A DNA stretch of 64,000 nt, taken from positions 18,166,001 through 18,230,000 of the forward strand of contig OY740802.1 of the NCBI GenBank assembly GCA_963514005.1, read 5' to 3'. Positions 25,585 to 38,490 of this stretch are shown one piece after another. How positions within the stretch are numbered: position 1 is the first letter of the stretch; the number at the start of each line of letters is the position of its first letter. The position numbers were made by a program, and so were the translations under genes. The stretch comes from Raja brachyura. Its lineage: Eukaryota. Below the pieces are notes generated by a model. The model was not told where the DNA came from and made no database searches. It saw only the letters and a list, made by a program, of their open reading frames with translations.

Positions 25585-25889
25585 TTAATTCCTCTCAAGA
25601 GCAACCAGGACATTTATAGGGCAGATGCTCAGCAGCACACTAAAAGTGTCCTCACCACGACTGGTGAGTGACTCTAGGACCTGGGTGAGGACATGGTTGG
25701 GAAGATAGTTCCCACACATCTATACCGGGGCAGTGCAAAATAGGAGACCCATGAGGAGTGTTTAATTCAGGATGTTATGTCACTTGGAGATGATCTCAGG
25801 GAGTGACGGTGTTCCAATGAGCCATTAACTTACACTTCGAAAATACTTTCTTAGCTCTTCCAGATGGTGATTGACGTGAGTTTGGGAGA

Positions 25890-26520
25890 TAGAGTTCTCT
25901 CATACTACACAGAAACAGGCCCCTTGGCTCACCAAGTCCATACCAACCATCGAGCACCATTTGCATTAACCATACCCTGTTCCCATTTTTTATTCTTCCC
26001 ATATTTTCATCAACACCTCACAGATTCTACTGCTTACGTACACACTAGAGGCACTGTATTTACACAAATTACCCTACTAAACACCCACTGCTTCCCACAC
26101 TGCACCAAGCTTTGACATGTCTGAAGAAACGGGAGAAGGAGGAGGAAACCCACATGGTCACAAAGAGCACCGATGAACTCACGCACAAACAGCACCAGTC
26201 CAATCAGTTTAGTTTAGAGATAGAGCATGGAAACAAGCCCTTTGGCGCATCAAGTCCATACCGACCATCGATCGATCACCCGTTCACAATAGTTCTTTGT
26301 TATTCATCTTTCGCATCTAGTCCCTACACACCAGGGGCAAATTAGCCTACAAACCTACATGTCTTTGGAATGCGGGAGGAAACAGGACACCCGGAGGAAA
26401 CCTACATGGTTACAGGGAGAATGTGCAAGCTCCGTACAGTCATCACCTGAGGTCAGGATTGAAGCCAGGTTGCTGGAGTTCTGAGGAAACAGCTCTACTT
26501 CACCTGCTTCAGCTGTGCCA
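25890..26520 (-). mobile_element. Two tandem HE1-like SINE copies
   Basis: Repeated V-domain and aaacaggccc tail motifs. Confidence 0.65.
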
Positions 26521-27154
26521 CCAGGGATTGATACTGAAGCAGCCATGGCTAATGGCTGCCGCACATCTGTACAATCTGCAGTATAGACACCACATGCTGA
26601 AACACACCTGCCACTCTGTGCGTGTAGTGAGAATGGCGAAAATTAAACTGATGGATTACTTGCTGTGCTGTACCTCCAGTTATTTTCTGCTATCACTTTT
26701 ACTGTATGTCTGTCCACACAGGCGATTCCTTGTAGCTAGCACTCATTTTCTAATGCATGTAGCTACCTCTTTAACCTACCTTTCCCCCAGCTGTCCCTAG
26801 CCACAGTTGAAGTGCCTGAGTTCCCTAAAGTCAGGCAAATATCCCAGCCAAGCATACAAGAGTACAGTGAGAAATCTAGGTCATACTATAAATCAGAACT
26901 TTATGCTATTATGTCATTTCAGACGATGAGATCAGTCAACTGTGATGGATACGGTGACCTAATTTTTAATGATTTATACGAGTTTTGTTTTCCCTTCTTG
27001 GTAACCTGAACATGCTTTTAAATGAAGCAATCTTTTTTTTTGTGATTTATGCCTGTAAGTGATTTCATGCAATTCTGTACAGATTCTGTTGAAGTCCATA
27101 CTAAATGTTATGAACTTGTATCCTCTTGTCGTTAAATAGTGTTTACACTGCCCT

Positions 27155-29655
27155 TGATTCTGCTAATAATAGAGTAGCTATCAATATAAAGGAATATAAA
27201 AAAGGACTAAAAGCTTCTTTAGATATGTTAAGGGAAAAAGAGTAGCAAAGCCAAATGTGGGTCCTTTGAAGGCAGACACAGGGGAACAAGGAAATGGCAG
27301 AAGAGTTGAATAGGTACTTCGGATCTGTCTTCACTAAGGAAGACTCAAACAATCTCCCAGAAGTACTGGCGGACAGAGGATCTAAGGGAGTCGAGGAACT
27401 GAAATAAATTTTCATTAGGCGAGAAATAGTGTTGGGTAGGCTAATGGGACTGAAGGATGATAAATTCCGGGGGCCTGATGGACTGCACCCCAGGGTCCTT
27501 AGGGAGGTGGCTCTAGAAATAGTGGACGCATTGGTGATCATTTTCCAATGTTCAATAGATTCAGGATCAGTTCCTGTGGTTTGGAGGATAGCTAATGTTA
27601 TCCCAGTTCTCAAGGAGTGAGAGTGAAAACAGGGAATTACAGACCAGTTAGCCTGACCTCGGTGGTGGGAAAGAAGCTGGAGTCAATTAATAAAGAGGTA
27701 ATAAAGGGGCATTTGGAGAGTAGTAAAAGGATTAGTCCAAGTCATCATGAAGGGGAGCCAGAGGTTGTAGTGTATCTAGACTTTCAGAAAGCCTTTGATA
27801 AGGTCCCGCACGGGAGAGTGGCGACTAAAATTCAAGCACATGGTATTGGGGGTAGGGTGTTGACGTGGATAGAAAATTGGTTGGCAGACAGGAAGCAAAG
27901 AGTAGGAGTGAACGGGTCCTTTTCAGAATGGCAGGCAGTGACGAGTGGAGTGCCGCAACGCTTGGTATTGGGGCCGCAACTGTTTACCATATATATTAAT
28001 GATTTGGAAGAGGGAATTAGGAGCAACACTAGCAAGTTTGCGGATGAAACAAAGCTGGGTGGCAGTGTGAACTGTGAAGAGGATGTTAGGAGGTTGCAGG
28101 GGGACCTGGACAGGTTGAGTGAGTGGGCAGATGCGTGGCAGATGCAGTATAATATAGATAAATGTGAGGTTATCCACTTTGGCGGCAAAAACAAGGGGGC
28201 AGATTATTATCTCAATGGGGTTAGGTTAGGTAAGGGGGAGGTACAGCGAGACCTAGGTGTCCTTGTACACCGGTCACTGAAAGTTGGCGTGCAGGTACAG
28301 CAGGCAGTGAAGAAAGCTAATGGAATGTTGGCCTTCATAACAAGAGGATTTCAGTATAGGGGTAGAGAGGTTCTTCTGCAGTTGTATAGGGCTCTGGTAA
28401 GACCACATATGGAGAATTGCATACAGTTTTGGTCTCCTAATTTGAGGAAGGACATCTAATTTGAAAAGCTAGCTTCTTTCAACTTCAGATGATAGCTAAA
28501 ATAACACAATTCCTCCAGTTTGATAACCTTGAAAAGATCATCCATACATTTATCTCCTCCCGCCTAGATTACTGCAACTCCCTTTACACTGGCATCAGCC
28601 AATCTTCCCTGTCCCGCCTGCAACTGGTCCAAAACGCCACAGCGAGACTCCTGATGGGCACCCGAAAAAGGGACCACATCACCCCGATCCTGGCCTCTCT
28701 CTACCGGCTCCCTGTGCAGTTCCGAATAAATTTCAACACCCTCTTCTTTGTCTGCAAAGCCCCCAATGGGCTTGCACTCACCTACATTAAAAGTCTTCTC
28801 ACCCACTACACCACCTCCAAATCGGCCGACTTGGGGTTGCTGAATGTCCCGCAATCTAGGCATAAGCTCAGGGACGACCGCGCCTTTGCGGTCGCAGTTC
28901 CTAGACTGTGAAACAGCATCCCCCTCCCCATTAGAACTGCCCCCTCGACTCCTTTAAGTCTAGTCTAAAAACGTATCTGTTCTCCCAAGCCTTTCCTGAC
29001 CTCCTCTGAGCGAGGGCTATTTGCATATATGTATGTAGCCTGCTTGTGTATACTACTCTTATAACAAATGTAAAGCACTTTGGTCAACGAGAGTTGTTTT
29101 TTTTAAATGTGCTATATAAATAAATGTGACTTGACTTGACTTGACTTGTGATTGAGACGGTGCAACGTAGGTCCACGAGATTGATCCCTGGGATGGCGCG
29201 ACTATCATATGAGGAAAGATTGAAAAGACTAGGCTTGTATTCACTGGAGTTTAGAAGGATGAGGGGGAATCTTATAGAAACATATAAAATTATAAAAGGA
29301 TTGGACAAGCTAGATGCAGAAAAAAATGTTCCCCATGTCGGGCGAGTCCAGAACTAGGGGCCACAGTCTTAGAATAAAGGGGAGGCCATTTAAGACTGAG
29401 GTGAGAAAAAACTTTTTCACCCAGAGAGTTGTGAATTTGTGGAATTCCCTGCCACAGAGGGCAGTGGAGGCCAAATCACTTGATGGATTTAAGAGAGAGT
29501 TAGATAGAGCTCCAGGGCCTAGTGGAATCAAGGGATATGGAGAGAAGGCAGGCACGGGTTATTGATTGGGGACGATCAGCCATGATGACAATGAATGTTG
29601 GTGCTGGCTCGAAGGGCCGAATGCCTCCTCCTGCACCTATTTTCGATGTTTCTAT
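27155..29655 (+). mobile_element. CR1 (HER1-like) LINE, 5'-truncated, internally deleted and interrupted by an L2
   Basis: ORFs 27617-28459 (NYRPVSLTS, DFQKAFDKVPH, GVPQ, FADE), 29148-29357 and 29314-29565. CR1 3' UTR present. Confidence 0.93.
28460..29146 (+). mobile_element. L2-clade LINE 3' fragment nested in CR1
   Basis: SRLDYCNSL, LQLVQN..ARL, HITP.L.SL and RAFAVA.P.L. Tail tgtaaagcactttgg...aaatgtgctatataaataaa followed by (TGACT)n. Confidence 0.92.
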
Positions 29656-30573
29656 GTTTTTTTTCTATGTAATGTTAAAAAAAAAAATTGTACAGCAATT
29701 TCTAGCACCAGCACGTGCAGTTAATTGCTGAAATCAGAAAGCTATGGTCCAATTTTCCAGCTCCACAGTAAGCGTTGATGCACAGGTACCTTGCTGAGAA
29801 ATTTAGCTTTAAAAATGTACAGCGGTGTGAAGCTGTGATTTTTAATCAGGAAGCAGCTAATAAACACAGTAGAAATGTTAGATTTTGCCCATTCAAATGT
29901 GAAGTGAATTTTTAACAATATGCAAAGTCTTCATTACTGCAAAACAAACCCTTGGGCATGGAATATTCTGTTTTACAAGTGTAAAGTCTTATTTTCTGTC
30001 ATTTTAATTATCGTTGGAGACTTTAAATAAAAGTTAAAAGTCAACATTTTTTTAAAGTTTTACTCTTTGTGGTCCTTCATTTAATCCCATTATTCTCAAA
30101 TATTACTTTTGTTCTTTTGCTTTACTTTCTGGAAATATGTTATCTTGTATCTTATGACAGCCGATCAGGTCCATGCCAGCTCCCAACTGAGTAATCCAAC
30201 TCTTTATTTATGCCGAATCCCTGCATCTGATTTTCTCTCGCACTGCCCTCTGATTATTTATCTAATTACTTACGGTAGAAAATTAATGTATTTGCATGCC
30301 TATATGATGCAAGGAAAAAAAACAAGGAGAAACTCACACATTCGCAAGATGTGCATGCATACTTCATAGAGCTAGCACCCAAGATCAGGATCAAATGCCA
30401 CCTACATTTAAATGTTCTACATATTCTAGAGTAGATTCTGCATATCTCAGTTCATATTCTTTATTCTAATTAATTTTAGACACACTTGTTGGTGTGCCCA
30501 TTGCCTAGGGCTCCAGTTTCCATTGTAGAGGACACCATTATGACTTGATTATGTCTCTAACGATGCACATTAA

Positions 30574-30795
30574 AGGGCCTGCCCACTTGGGCGTCATTTG
30601 CGCGTCAAGCAGGTGGCGTGCGAAGATTTTGTGAATCCCAAACGGATCACTGCCTATGCCACCATGCCTCACCACGTGCCAGGCTCACGTTGCGTGCGCT
30701 TCACGACGCGCCTGTCATGCGTCATGACGCGTAAATGATATCGCATAAATGAAATTAATTACGCTAATTAATTACGCCCAAGAGGGACAGGCCTT
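30574..30795. mobile_element. PIF/Harbinger-type MITE
   Basis: AGGGCCTG(T)CCCACTTGGGCG...CGCCCAAGAGGGACAGGCCTT termini, TAA TSD. Confidence 0.8.
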
Positions 30796-31504
30796 TAACA
30801 CCTCAATGCAAAATCCTCCACATTTGTGTCTTTCTAATGTGGTCTTGAAATATTGAGATATTCTAAGAGACTACTGTACCACAGGAAGTCCGGTGACATT
30901 TCCCGAAGGAACAGTGATTTTGTTATCTACTAACCTGCATCATCTACATTTCATAGAACAAGGTCTTGAATGTGTTTGAATTGGGTGCACATAGATGCTG
31001 TGCAATAGAAAAGTGCCCGCCTGAAAGATCTGTCTCTGATGCAAGTCATCCTGTTCGATGAAAGTGGGATACAGACTAGCATGAATGAAGATACCTGACT
31101 TTGAAAGGTTCTCTGTCCTTACACTATGGATTCCTAATTCAAATTACAATCGGTCTCTTTGGTACTCAATGCCCCTGTGGTCAAAATGGTGCATGTTGAG
31201 GAAGGAAGCCTGTTTTGCACATGTAAACCCTGCAGGACATAATGGACAGGTATCCAGTGGGATTTGTGGAGCAACTCACCATTAAGGTGTAAGGGGTTAG
31301 AGAAAGCTTAATGTACCCAGCAGAGACACGTTCAGTTTGTAGCTCTGTATTTCTGAATTACTTTTTTCCCCCCCGAGTGTTTTGTCCCATAAATTAATTG
31401 GACATTTCAGGTCCTCTTTTCAAGTTTAATGCATGTAAGAGTCATTTTTAACAGTGCCTGTTTGCAGAGATCTGTTATTTCCATGACCACTGTCATCATT
31501 GCCA

Positions 31505-31670
31505 TCACGACAGGCGCGGTAGCGCGCGGCGCCCCAGGATTTTGGGATTCACAAAATCTTTGCGCGCCACCTGCTTGACGCGCAAATGACGCCCAAGTGG
31601 GACAGGCCCTTTAATGGGCATCGTTAAAGACATAATCAAGTCATAATGGTGTCCTCTCCAATGGAAACTG
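31505..31670 (-). repeat. Inverted copy of 30514-30642 (MITE left end plus about 60 bp of flank)
   Basis: Direct reverse-complement match, including the non-MITE flank. Confidence 0.85.
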
Positions 31671-31726
31671 CTATCTCTGTGGAGTTTGCATGCATAATCA
31701 AGTCATCATTGCACATCTGTACTTAC

Positions 31727-31813
31727 TGGCTGAAGGTCGTCAATAGTTTCTGGAAGTTCTCGCAAGGCAAGGATAAGATCCAGTTTCTGGCTCAGAAAAC
31801 TAATGTTGCACAT
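31727..31813 (-). CDS. Formin FH2 exon: MCNISFLSQKLDLILALRELPETIDDLQP
   Basis: Acceptor ttcctttacag, donor CCA|gtaagt. 87 nt, phase 0 to 0. Matches the FH2 I..L..RL......F...I..L.P segment. Confidence 0.88.
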
Positions 31814-32029
31814 CTGTAAAGGAACCAGAATATGACTGATGAAGTAATTGAACAACCTAATTGAAGAGTTTATTATCTTGTTATACAAATATCATCAAAA
31901 TCTCAATATCATGGTATTATTTTTATTAACCTTAATCTGTATATTCTGATACATGGAGTATAATTTATTCATCATATATTACCTTGTGATGTCCACCCTG
32001 CAGCAAACACTACTCAGTTCATAAATTAT

Positions 32030-32570
32030 TGCAGCAGAATTAGGCCATTCGGCCCATCTAGTCTACTCCACTTTTCAATCATTGCTGATCTATCTTTCCT
32101 TCACAACCCCATTCTCCCGCCTTCTCCCCATAGCCCTGACACATGTACTAATCAAGAATTTGTTTCATCTCCATCTTTAAAATATCCATTGACGTGGCCT
32201 CCACAGCCTTCTGTGGCAATGAATTCCACAGATTCGCAACCCTCTGACTAAAGAAATTCCTCCTCATCTCCTTTCTAAAGGTACGTCTTTTTATTCGGAG
32301 GCTATGACCTCTGGTCCTAGACTCTCTCACTAGTGGAAACATCCTCCCCGCATCCACTCTATCCAGGTCTTTTCAGTAATTTTCAATGAAGTTACCCTTC
32401 ATCCATCTAAACTCCAGCAAGTACAGGGTTAGTGCTGTCAAATGCTCATCATATGTTAACCCTGGGATTAATCATTCCTGGGATCCTTCTTGTAACCTCC
32501 TCTGGATCTTCTCCAAACCCAGCACATTCGTCCTCAGATATGGGGCCCAAAACTGCTCACAATATTCCAG
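32030..32570 (-). mobile_element. CR1 LINE 3' fragment
   Basis: MFPLV.ESRTRGHSLRIK...RRNFFSQRV.NLWNSLP. Confidence 0.85.
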
Positions 32571-33258
32571 TGCTATATGAAGCCTCACAATTTCATACTT
32601 GTTTGAGATGTAAATATGAAAATTAACAAATCAATTAGTCTGATGATCCTCTTGCAAATAACTTGTTGGCCTTATGCATGAGGAACTGGATCTCTGCTAT
32701 GGAGCCAACACCTTACAGAACAAGAACCATACTCCAACATGGGTAAGTGTCATCAGGATAAATTTGAGAGGAAAATATTGTGTAAAATTGTCTGCACCAT
32801 TTTGTGGAAGATGTTATACAGTGAGGCTAGCACTGGTTGGAAGCCAGCAGACTTAATCAATCTCACTCACATCAAAGAAACACTCTCACTTGGCTTAAAG
32901 GTGAAATCTAAAGAGATTAATTTCATTCTAACATAAAGCAACTCCACTACTTCAAATGCTTTTGCAATCCGTCTCATTCATGTTGATCACAAATTTCTCT
33001 AATGGTGATAGCTCTGGCAATAAGCTGGAAAGTTGGCAGTGAAATCATACAATTGAATAAGATCTATAGCTCATAAAAAGATCACATTGCTTGTACTGGT
33101 AATTATACTCCAAGTAGGCTATCCACCGCCCTCCCCCCCCCCCCCACCCACCCGTCCTCCCCTCCTCCCCTCTTCCCCTCCCCTCCCCTCCCCGCCCCAC
33201 CCAGAACCAAGAAACAGGGAGAAGCCCATTTATCCTTTAGCTGACTCTTGTCATTCAG

Positions 33259-34985
33259 ATGCAGAGTCAGATTCAATCTTTATTGTCATTGTGCAGTGTA
33301 CAGTACAGAGACAACGAAATGCAGTTAGCATCTTGCCCAGAAGAGCGAACATACAATAATGGAACAGCAAAATATCTATACGTACATACAGTAGCAGTAG
33401 TGCAATTTTTCTGGGGGAAGGAGTGTCCGGGGGGGGGGGGGGGGGGGGGGGGGGAAGGGGGGGTGACTAGCAATCACCAAGGTGCAGAGTTAAGTTGTGT
33501 AACAGCCGCAGGGAAGAAGCTGTTCCTGAAACTGCTGGTCCGGCAATGGAGAGACCTGTACCGCTTCTTGGATGGGAGGAGGGTAAACAGTCTGTGGCTG
33601 AGGTGAGAGCAGTCCTTGACGATGCTGCGTTCCCTTCGCAGACATTGCTTGCTCTGGACAGACTCAATGGAGGGGAGTGAGGAACCGGTGATGCGTTGGG
33701 CAGTTTCCACCACCCTCTGCAGTGCTTTCCCGTTGGAGACAGAGCAGTTGCCATACCATACTGTGATACAGTTGGTAAGGATGCTCTCGATGGTGCAGCG
33801 GTAGAAGTTCACCAGAATCTGATGAGACAGATGGACCTTCTTTAGTCTCCTCAGGAAGAAGAGACCCTGGTGAGCCTTCTCGACCAGTGTAGAGGTATTG
33901 TGGGTCCAAGAGAGGTCATCAGAGATGTTGACCCCCAGAAACCTGAAGCTGGAAACACGTTCCACCTCCGTCCCATTAATATGGATGGGGGGGTGCGTGC
34001 CATCCCTAGACCTTCTGTAGTCCACAATGAGCTCCTTGGTCTTCTTGGAGTTAAGGGCCAGGTTGTTGTCAACGCAACATGCTGCTAGGAGCTGGACCTC
34101 CTCCCTTTAGACCGACTCATCGATGTCGCTGATGAGGCCAATCACCGTTGTATGATCTGCATACTTGATGATGGTGTTAGTACCATGTACAGGTGTGCAG
34201 TCGTAGGTGAAGAGGGAGTAGAGGAGGGGGCTCAGCACATAGCCCTGTGGAATGCCAGTGTTCAGGGTGAGGGTTGAAGAGGTGTGGTTGTCTGACCCAA
34301 CAGACTGGGGTCTGTTAGTTAGAAAGTCCAGTATCCAGTTGCAGAGGGAGGGGTCCATGCCCAGGTCGCTGACTTTGGTGATCAGTTTTGAGGGGATAAT
34401 GGTGTTAAATGCTGAGCTATAGCCGATGAACAGCATTCTCACGTCGGTGTCTCTGTTGTCGAGGTGGGAGACGGCGGAGTGAAGTGCCGTTGAGATGGCA
34501 TCCTCCGTATTCCTGTTCTTGCCGTAGGCGAACTGGTAGAGGTCCAGTGTGCGAGGTAGACAGCCTTTGAGGTGTGCCAGGACCAGCCTCTCGAAGCACT
34601 TGGTGATGAAGGGGGGGAAGTGCAACTGGGCGGAAGTCGTTGAGGCTCGCCACAGTGGAGTGTTTTGGCACCGGCACGATGGAGGTGGTTTTAAGGCACG
34701 TGGGGACAACTGCTTGGGCAAGTGACAGGTTGAAGATGTCAGTCCAGACGTCTGTCAGCTGCGCAGCACAGGTCCTGAGGACGCGCCCGGGGATGCTGTC
34801 AGGGCCTGCAGCCTTTCGCGCATTAATCCTGCTCAGAGCCACATGCACGTCGTAGGGGGTGAGTGTGAGGGGCTGGTGATCAGCAGGAAGCACAGCCTTG
34901 ATGGCTATCTCTCTTGATTGTCCCTGTCAAAGCAGCCATAAAAGTGGTTAAGCTCCTCGAGGAAGGATGCGTCCCTGGATGTGGG
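33259..34985 (-). mobile_element. Rex1/Babar-clade LINE, 5'-truncated
   Basis: [44 protein letters not shown] and NFYRCTIESILT.CITVWYGN. Tail atttcgtt...aatgacaataaa. Confidence 0.92.
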
Positions 34986-35059
34986 GGTGGTGTTGGAAGA
35001 TCTCTTCCAACCTTTGATTCAATTAAATCAATGGTGTCAGTTGAACACTGTTGATTAGA

Positions 35060-35356
35060 AGATAGACACAAAATGCTGGAGTAATCTCAGGCAGCATATC
35101 TGGAGAGAAGGAATGGGTGACATTTCAGGTTGGGACCCTGCTTCAGACTAAAGTCAGGGGAAAGGGAAACGAGAGATATAGACGCTGATGTTGTATATCT
35201 CACGTTTCCCTTTCCCGACTCCAGTCTGAAAAAGGGTCTCGACCCACAACGTTACCTATTCCTTTTCTTGAGAGATTCTGCCTGTCCTGCTGAGTTACTC
35301 CAGCATTTTGTGTCAATCTTCGGTTTAAACCAGCATTTGCAGATTCTTCCTACATT
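35060..35356. mobile_element. Penelope-derived palindromic element with hammerhead-like motifs on both arms
   Basis: gacacaaaatgctggagtaa...ttactccagcattttgtgtc inverted arms, with degenerate CTGAAGA/GAAA cores. Confidence 0.75.
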
Positions 35357-35624
35357 GCTGATCAGGATATGGATTGCATTTAATTTTGGTGCATTAAGCC
35401 ATGGTTGTGTGGGTGTTAATACACGGACACATTCAATCTGGAAAATCCATGCACTTACACTTAAACACACACTTACATTTACACAAATTATTAATCACAC
35501 TCACGCCCTCCACACCTGCACACCAGTCCATTCAATATGAATCACAACGCTCACCCATCTACCATGAATATTTTATCCCTTCCAACCCACACTCAGACAC
35601 TACGAACAAAAAGTGTGGGTCTAA

Positions 35625-36120
35625 AGAGGCTATCCCACTTGGGCGACCTAATCCACGAGTTCTGGCGAGTTTGCCCTCGACTCATACTCGCAGCATGGTC
35701 GACACGATGTCGTGGGAAATATTTGTAACTCTCCTTCATGCTTGAGAGTAGTCCCCATGTACTCGAGGCTTCAGCTAAGTCACGGCGTATTTTTCAACAT
35801 GTTGAAAAATGCCCGCGAGTAAAGGAAGGTAGCCATGGAAAAAATCTATTTTTGTTACTCGTAGATTTAGTTGTAGTAGGTCGTAATGTTTGTCGTAGGT
35901 AATCGAGAGTAGTCGAAGGTAGTCGTAGATAATCTTCATCATGGTCGACGGGAGGTCGAAGGGGATCGAAGGAGGTCATCTTCACTCTCCACTATTCGGT
36001 GTCCAATTTTGCCAAAGTTAGTTGTAGCTAGTCGAAGGAGGTCAAAGGAGATCTTCTACATGCCTTTTTTTCAAACACTCCTAAACTCGCCAATTAGGTT
36101 GCCCAAGTGGGACACTCCCT
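35625..36120. mobile_element. PIF/Harbinger-type MITE
   Basis: TIR ...TCCCACTTGGGCGACCTAAT and ATTAGGTTGCCCAAGTGGGA..., TAA TSD at 35622-35624 and 36121-36123. Confidence 0.8.
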
Positions 36121-36817
36121 TAATGGAGATTGGGGGTAGTTCATTTGAAATAGTGATAATTGACAGGAGATCTTCAGTATAGTTTTGAAGCAGAAATTAC
36201 ATCATGCCTGCAAGCTAATTCACGACTGAAAATAACAGAATGAATTTTCAGGATGGCACATTTTGGTCTGATAATATAGTATCTGGTCTGCATTCACAAC
36301 TGACATCCACTCTGGATGCAACTGCATAGAGTACAAAAAGCAATGCCACGTGAAAACATTGCAGATAAACCACCCCAGTGTTATGGCTCTCTCCTTGTAC
36401 TTTAAAACTTCTGCAGGTATTATCGTTACGATAAACCTAAAATAACCAAAGGTGTCAATTATTTCAGAATGTGGGAGTGGTTACATAGCCCATCAAGTCT
36501 GCTTCTATACCCTAGAAATAATTTAATAATAAGGAAAGAAAAATTCCAAAGAAAGGAACATTTATCTTCCTCCTCTCAATTATCAAGAGATAAATAACAA
36601 CTGAATAAATCCACTAATAAGACACACATTGTTCAACACTATTCCAATAAGACAAGCAATACGTAGGTGGGATTCCCTCTATCCTCAACATACCAGAATT
36701 GCAGTCACAAACAAGATTCAGATTTTTCTTTTGATTTACAATCAGTTTTCTAAGCAGATGAGCTGTTAAGAAACTTAGGTTGTGCTGAACACTGTAGAGT
36801 TAAATAAGATGACTTAC

Positions 36818-36908
36818 CTCCATCATGTATTGGTCAACAATATGGAGATCAGATGGAGAGTCTTTGAATGCTTTGTATTTTTCAATATCACTGGGTGTGG
36901 GAACATAC
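36818..36908 (-). CDS. Formin FH2 exon: YVPTPSDIEKYKAFKDSPSDLHIVDQYMME
   Basis: Acceptor attgtcag, donor GAG|gtaagt. 91 nt, phase 2 to 0. PT..D/E and L...DQ motifs typical of FH2. Confidence 0.9.
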
Positions 36909-37844
36909 CTGACAATTGATTTGAAAAGCTTATATTACTTTTCTGAAAAGTAATTAATCAACCTACATATAAATTCAAAAGTTCAAACATAAAATATACA
37001 ATCAAATGTCGTGTCCCTTATCTGTACCCAATGAAAGGGTTTGTTGTATTCAAGCATAGTCTTTCCTTTGACTGGATAGCATGCAAACATAAAGCTTTTC
37101 ACTGTACCTCAGTACACGTGATAATAATAAACTAAACTGAAGATTAAAAATACACTGGAATAAATTTATGAACCCACCCCATTAATTTCCATTACTAGCA
37201 ATTTTACACAAATAAAAGACACTAACACAACCACAGAATTTTGAGTAGGTCATTTTGGTTGCTGTAAAACAATTAATTACTATGTAGAAGCTGAAGGAAT
37301 GTTAGCTTTGTGTTAATGGAGCATTGTTATTGTGCATGAACCTGTCATGGCATATATTACATGGTTTTTAAACACTGTAATCCAAACCATTTAATTGCTA
37401 AAATTGAAAAGTGGCCATTGTAAATTATACAGTTTTCTTCCATCTCAGCTGGTTGATATGTGTAACAATTACTAACAATCCAACTCCACAATACATAAAC
37501 AAAAACCAAAGGGCTGTTTCATGCATGTGCTTACATTAAGTCCATCCAGGGAAATAAAAGGACAAATAGATGACCAGCAGAGCGGGACTTTCCCAGTATT
37601 AGAAAGGGTATGTAAGAAAGGGCAATAACATCATAGGTATAAAGTATTTTGTTAATTACCTTGGCTATGTCTAACATGATGCTGTGAAGCATTGGTTTGA
37701 GGGTAGATTCTCAAAATTGTGGCAGTTTATAACATTCTGCATTGACTGCAAGGATTGACTAAGTTTTATTTTGTATGTTGTTGGAGAACTTGATAATCCA
37801 CGATACGAGTTGGTGAAATTGACTCTCATTCTAGTAGCAATCGA

Positions 37845-38052
37845 TACCTTTCCCTGGACGTAAGAACAATGGACAATGGAGGACCCGATGTGGGGGATCG
37901 CCATGAGGGAGTGGGGAGGGGGGGAAGAACAAAGGGGGAACTGGCGCGAGGGGGGGGGGATTTTTAACTTTGTAAGTTAGGTATGGTATGCAAGCAAATA
38001 ATTTCACTGTCACTTGTCACATGTGACAATTAAGTACTCAATTCAATTCAAT
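37845..38052 (+). mobile_element. G-rich short retroposon (other copies at 48860-49092 minus and 59824-60062 plus)
   Basis: gaagaacaatgg..gacccg...tgggggg units, then tail atttcactgt...cacatgtgacaat followed by (ATTCA)n. Confidence 0.6.
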
Positions 38053-38490
38053 GTAAAGTGTTTGAAACATTTCTGAATCTATAGGATACATTTTACAGTC
38101 AGTGCTGAACACCTCTGACCCAAAGACAATCCGTTTTCTTACATTATCTAGTTCGAGTGGTATCAACCTCCACTTCCATGAGTACCCTGTTACTAATAAT
38201 AAAGGCTTGTGCCTGGGTGGAGGGGGGTTGTGGTGGGGTGCAATGTATAGTGGACAAGCAAGTCCCAAATCACATCCACATGGCAGCTGAAAAGAATTTC
38301 ACAGCCGGCTACACAATGCCACCTCTTTATCTGGTGACCATGGCTGTCAATGCAATGCCAATGCTTAAAAAAAAAACTAATGCTTGTAATAGTTATTTGC
38401 TATTAAAAAATATTCAAACTTTTTAATGCATTTATTAAAATAAATATAGCACTGCTTTTAAAATCATTTTATAAATAATTGAGTAAATCT

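Noticed and set aside
33087-33473. Proline-rich ORFs as a formin FH1 domain
   Set aside because: They come from poly-C and poly-G tracts in the middle of an FH2 intron and a Rex1 3' UTR. The position is wrong and there are no splice signals.
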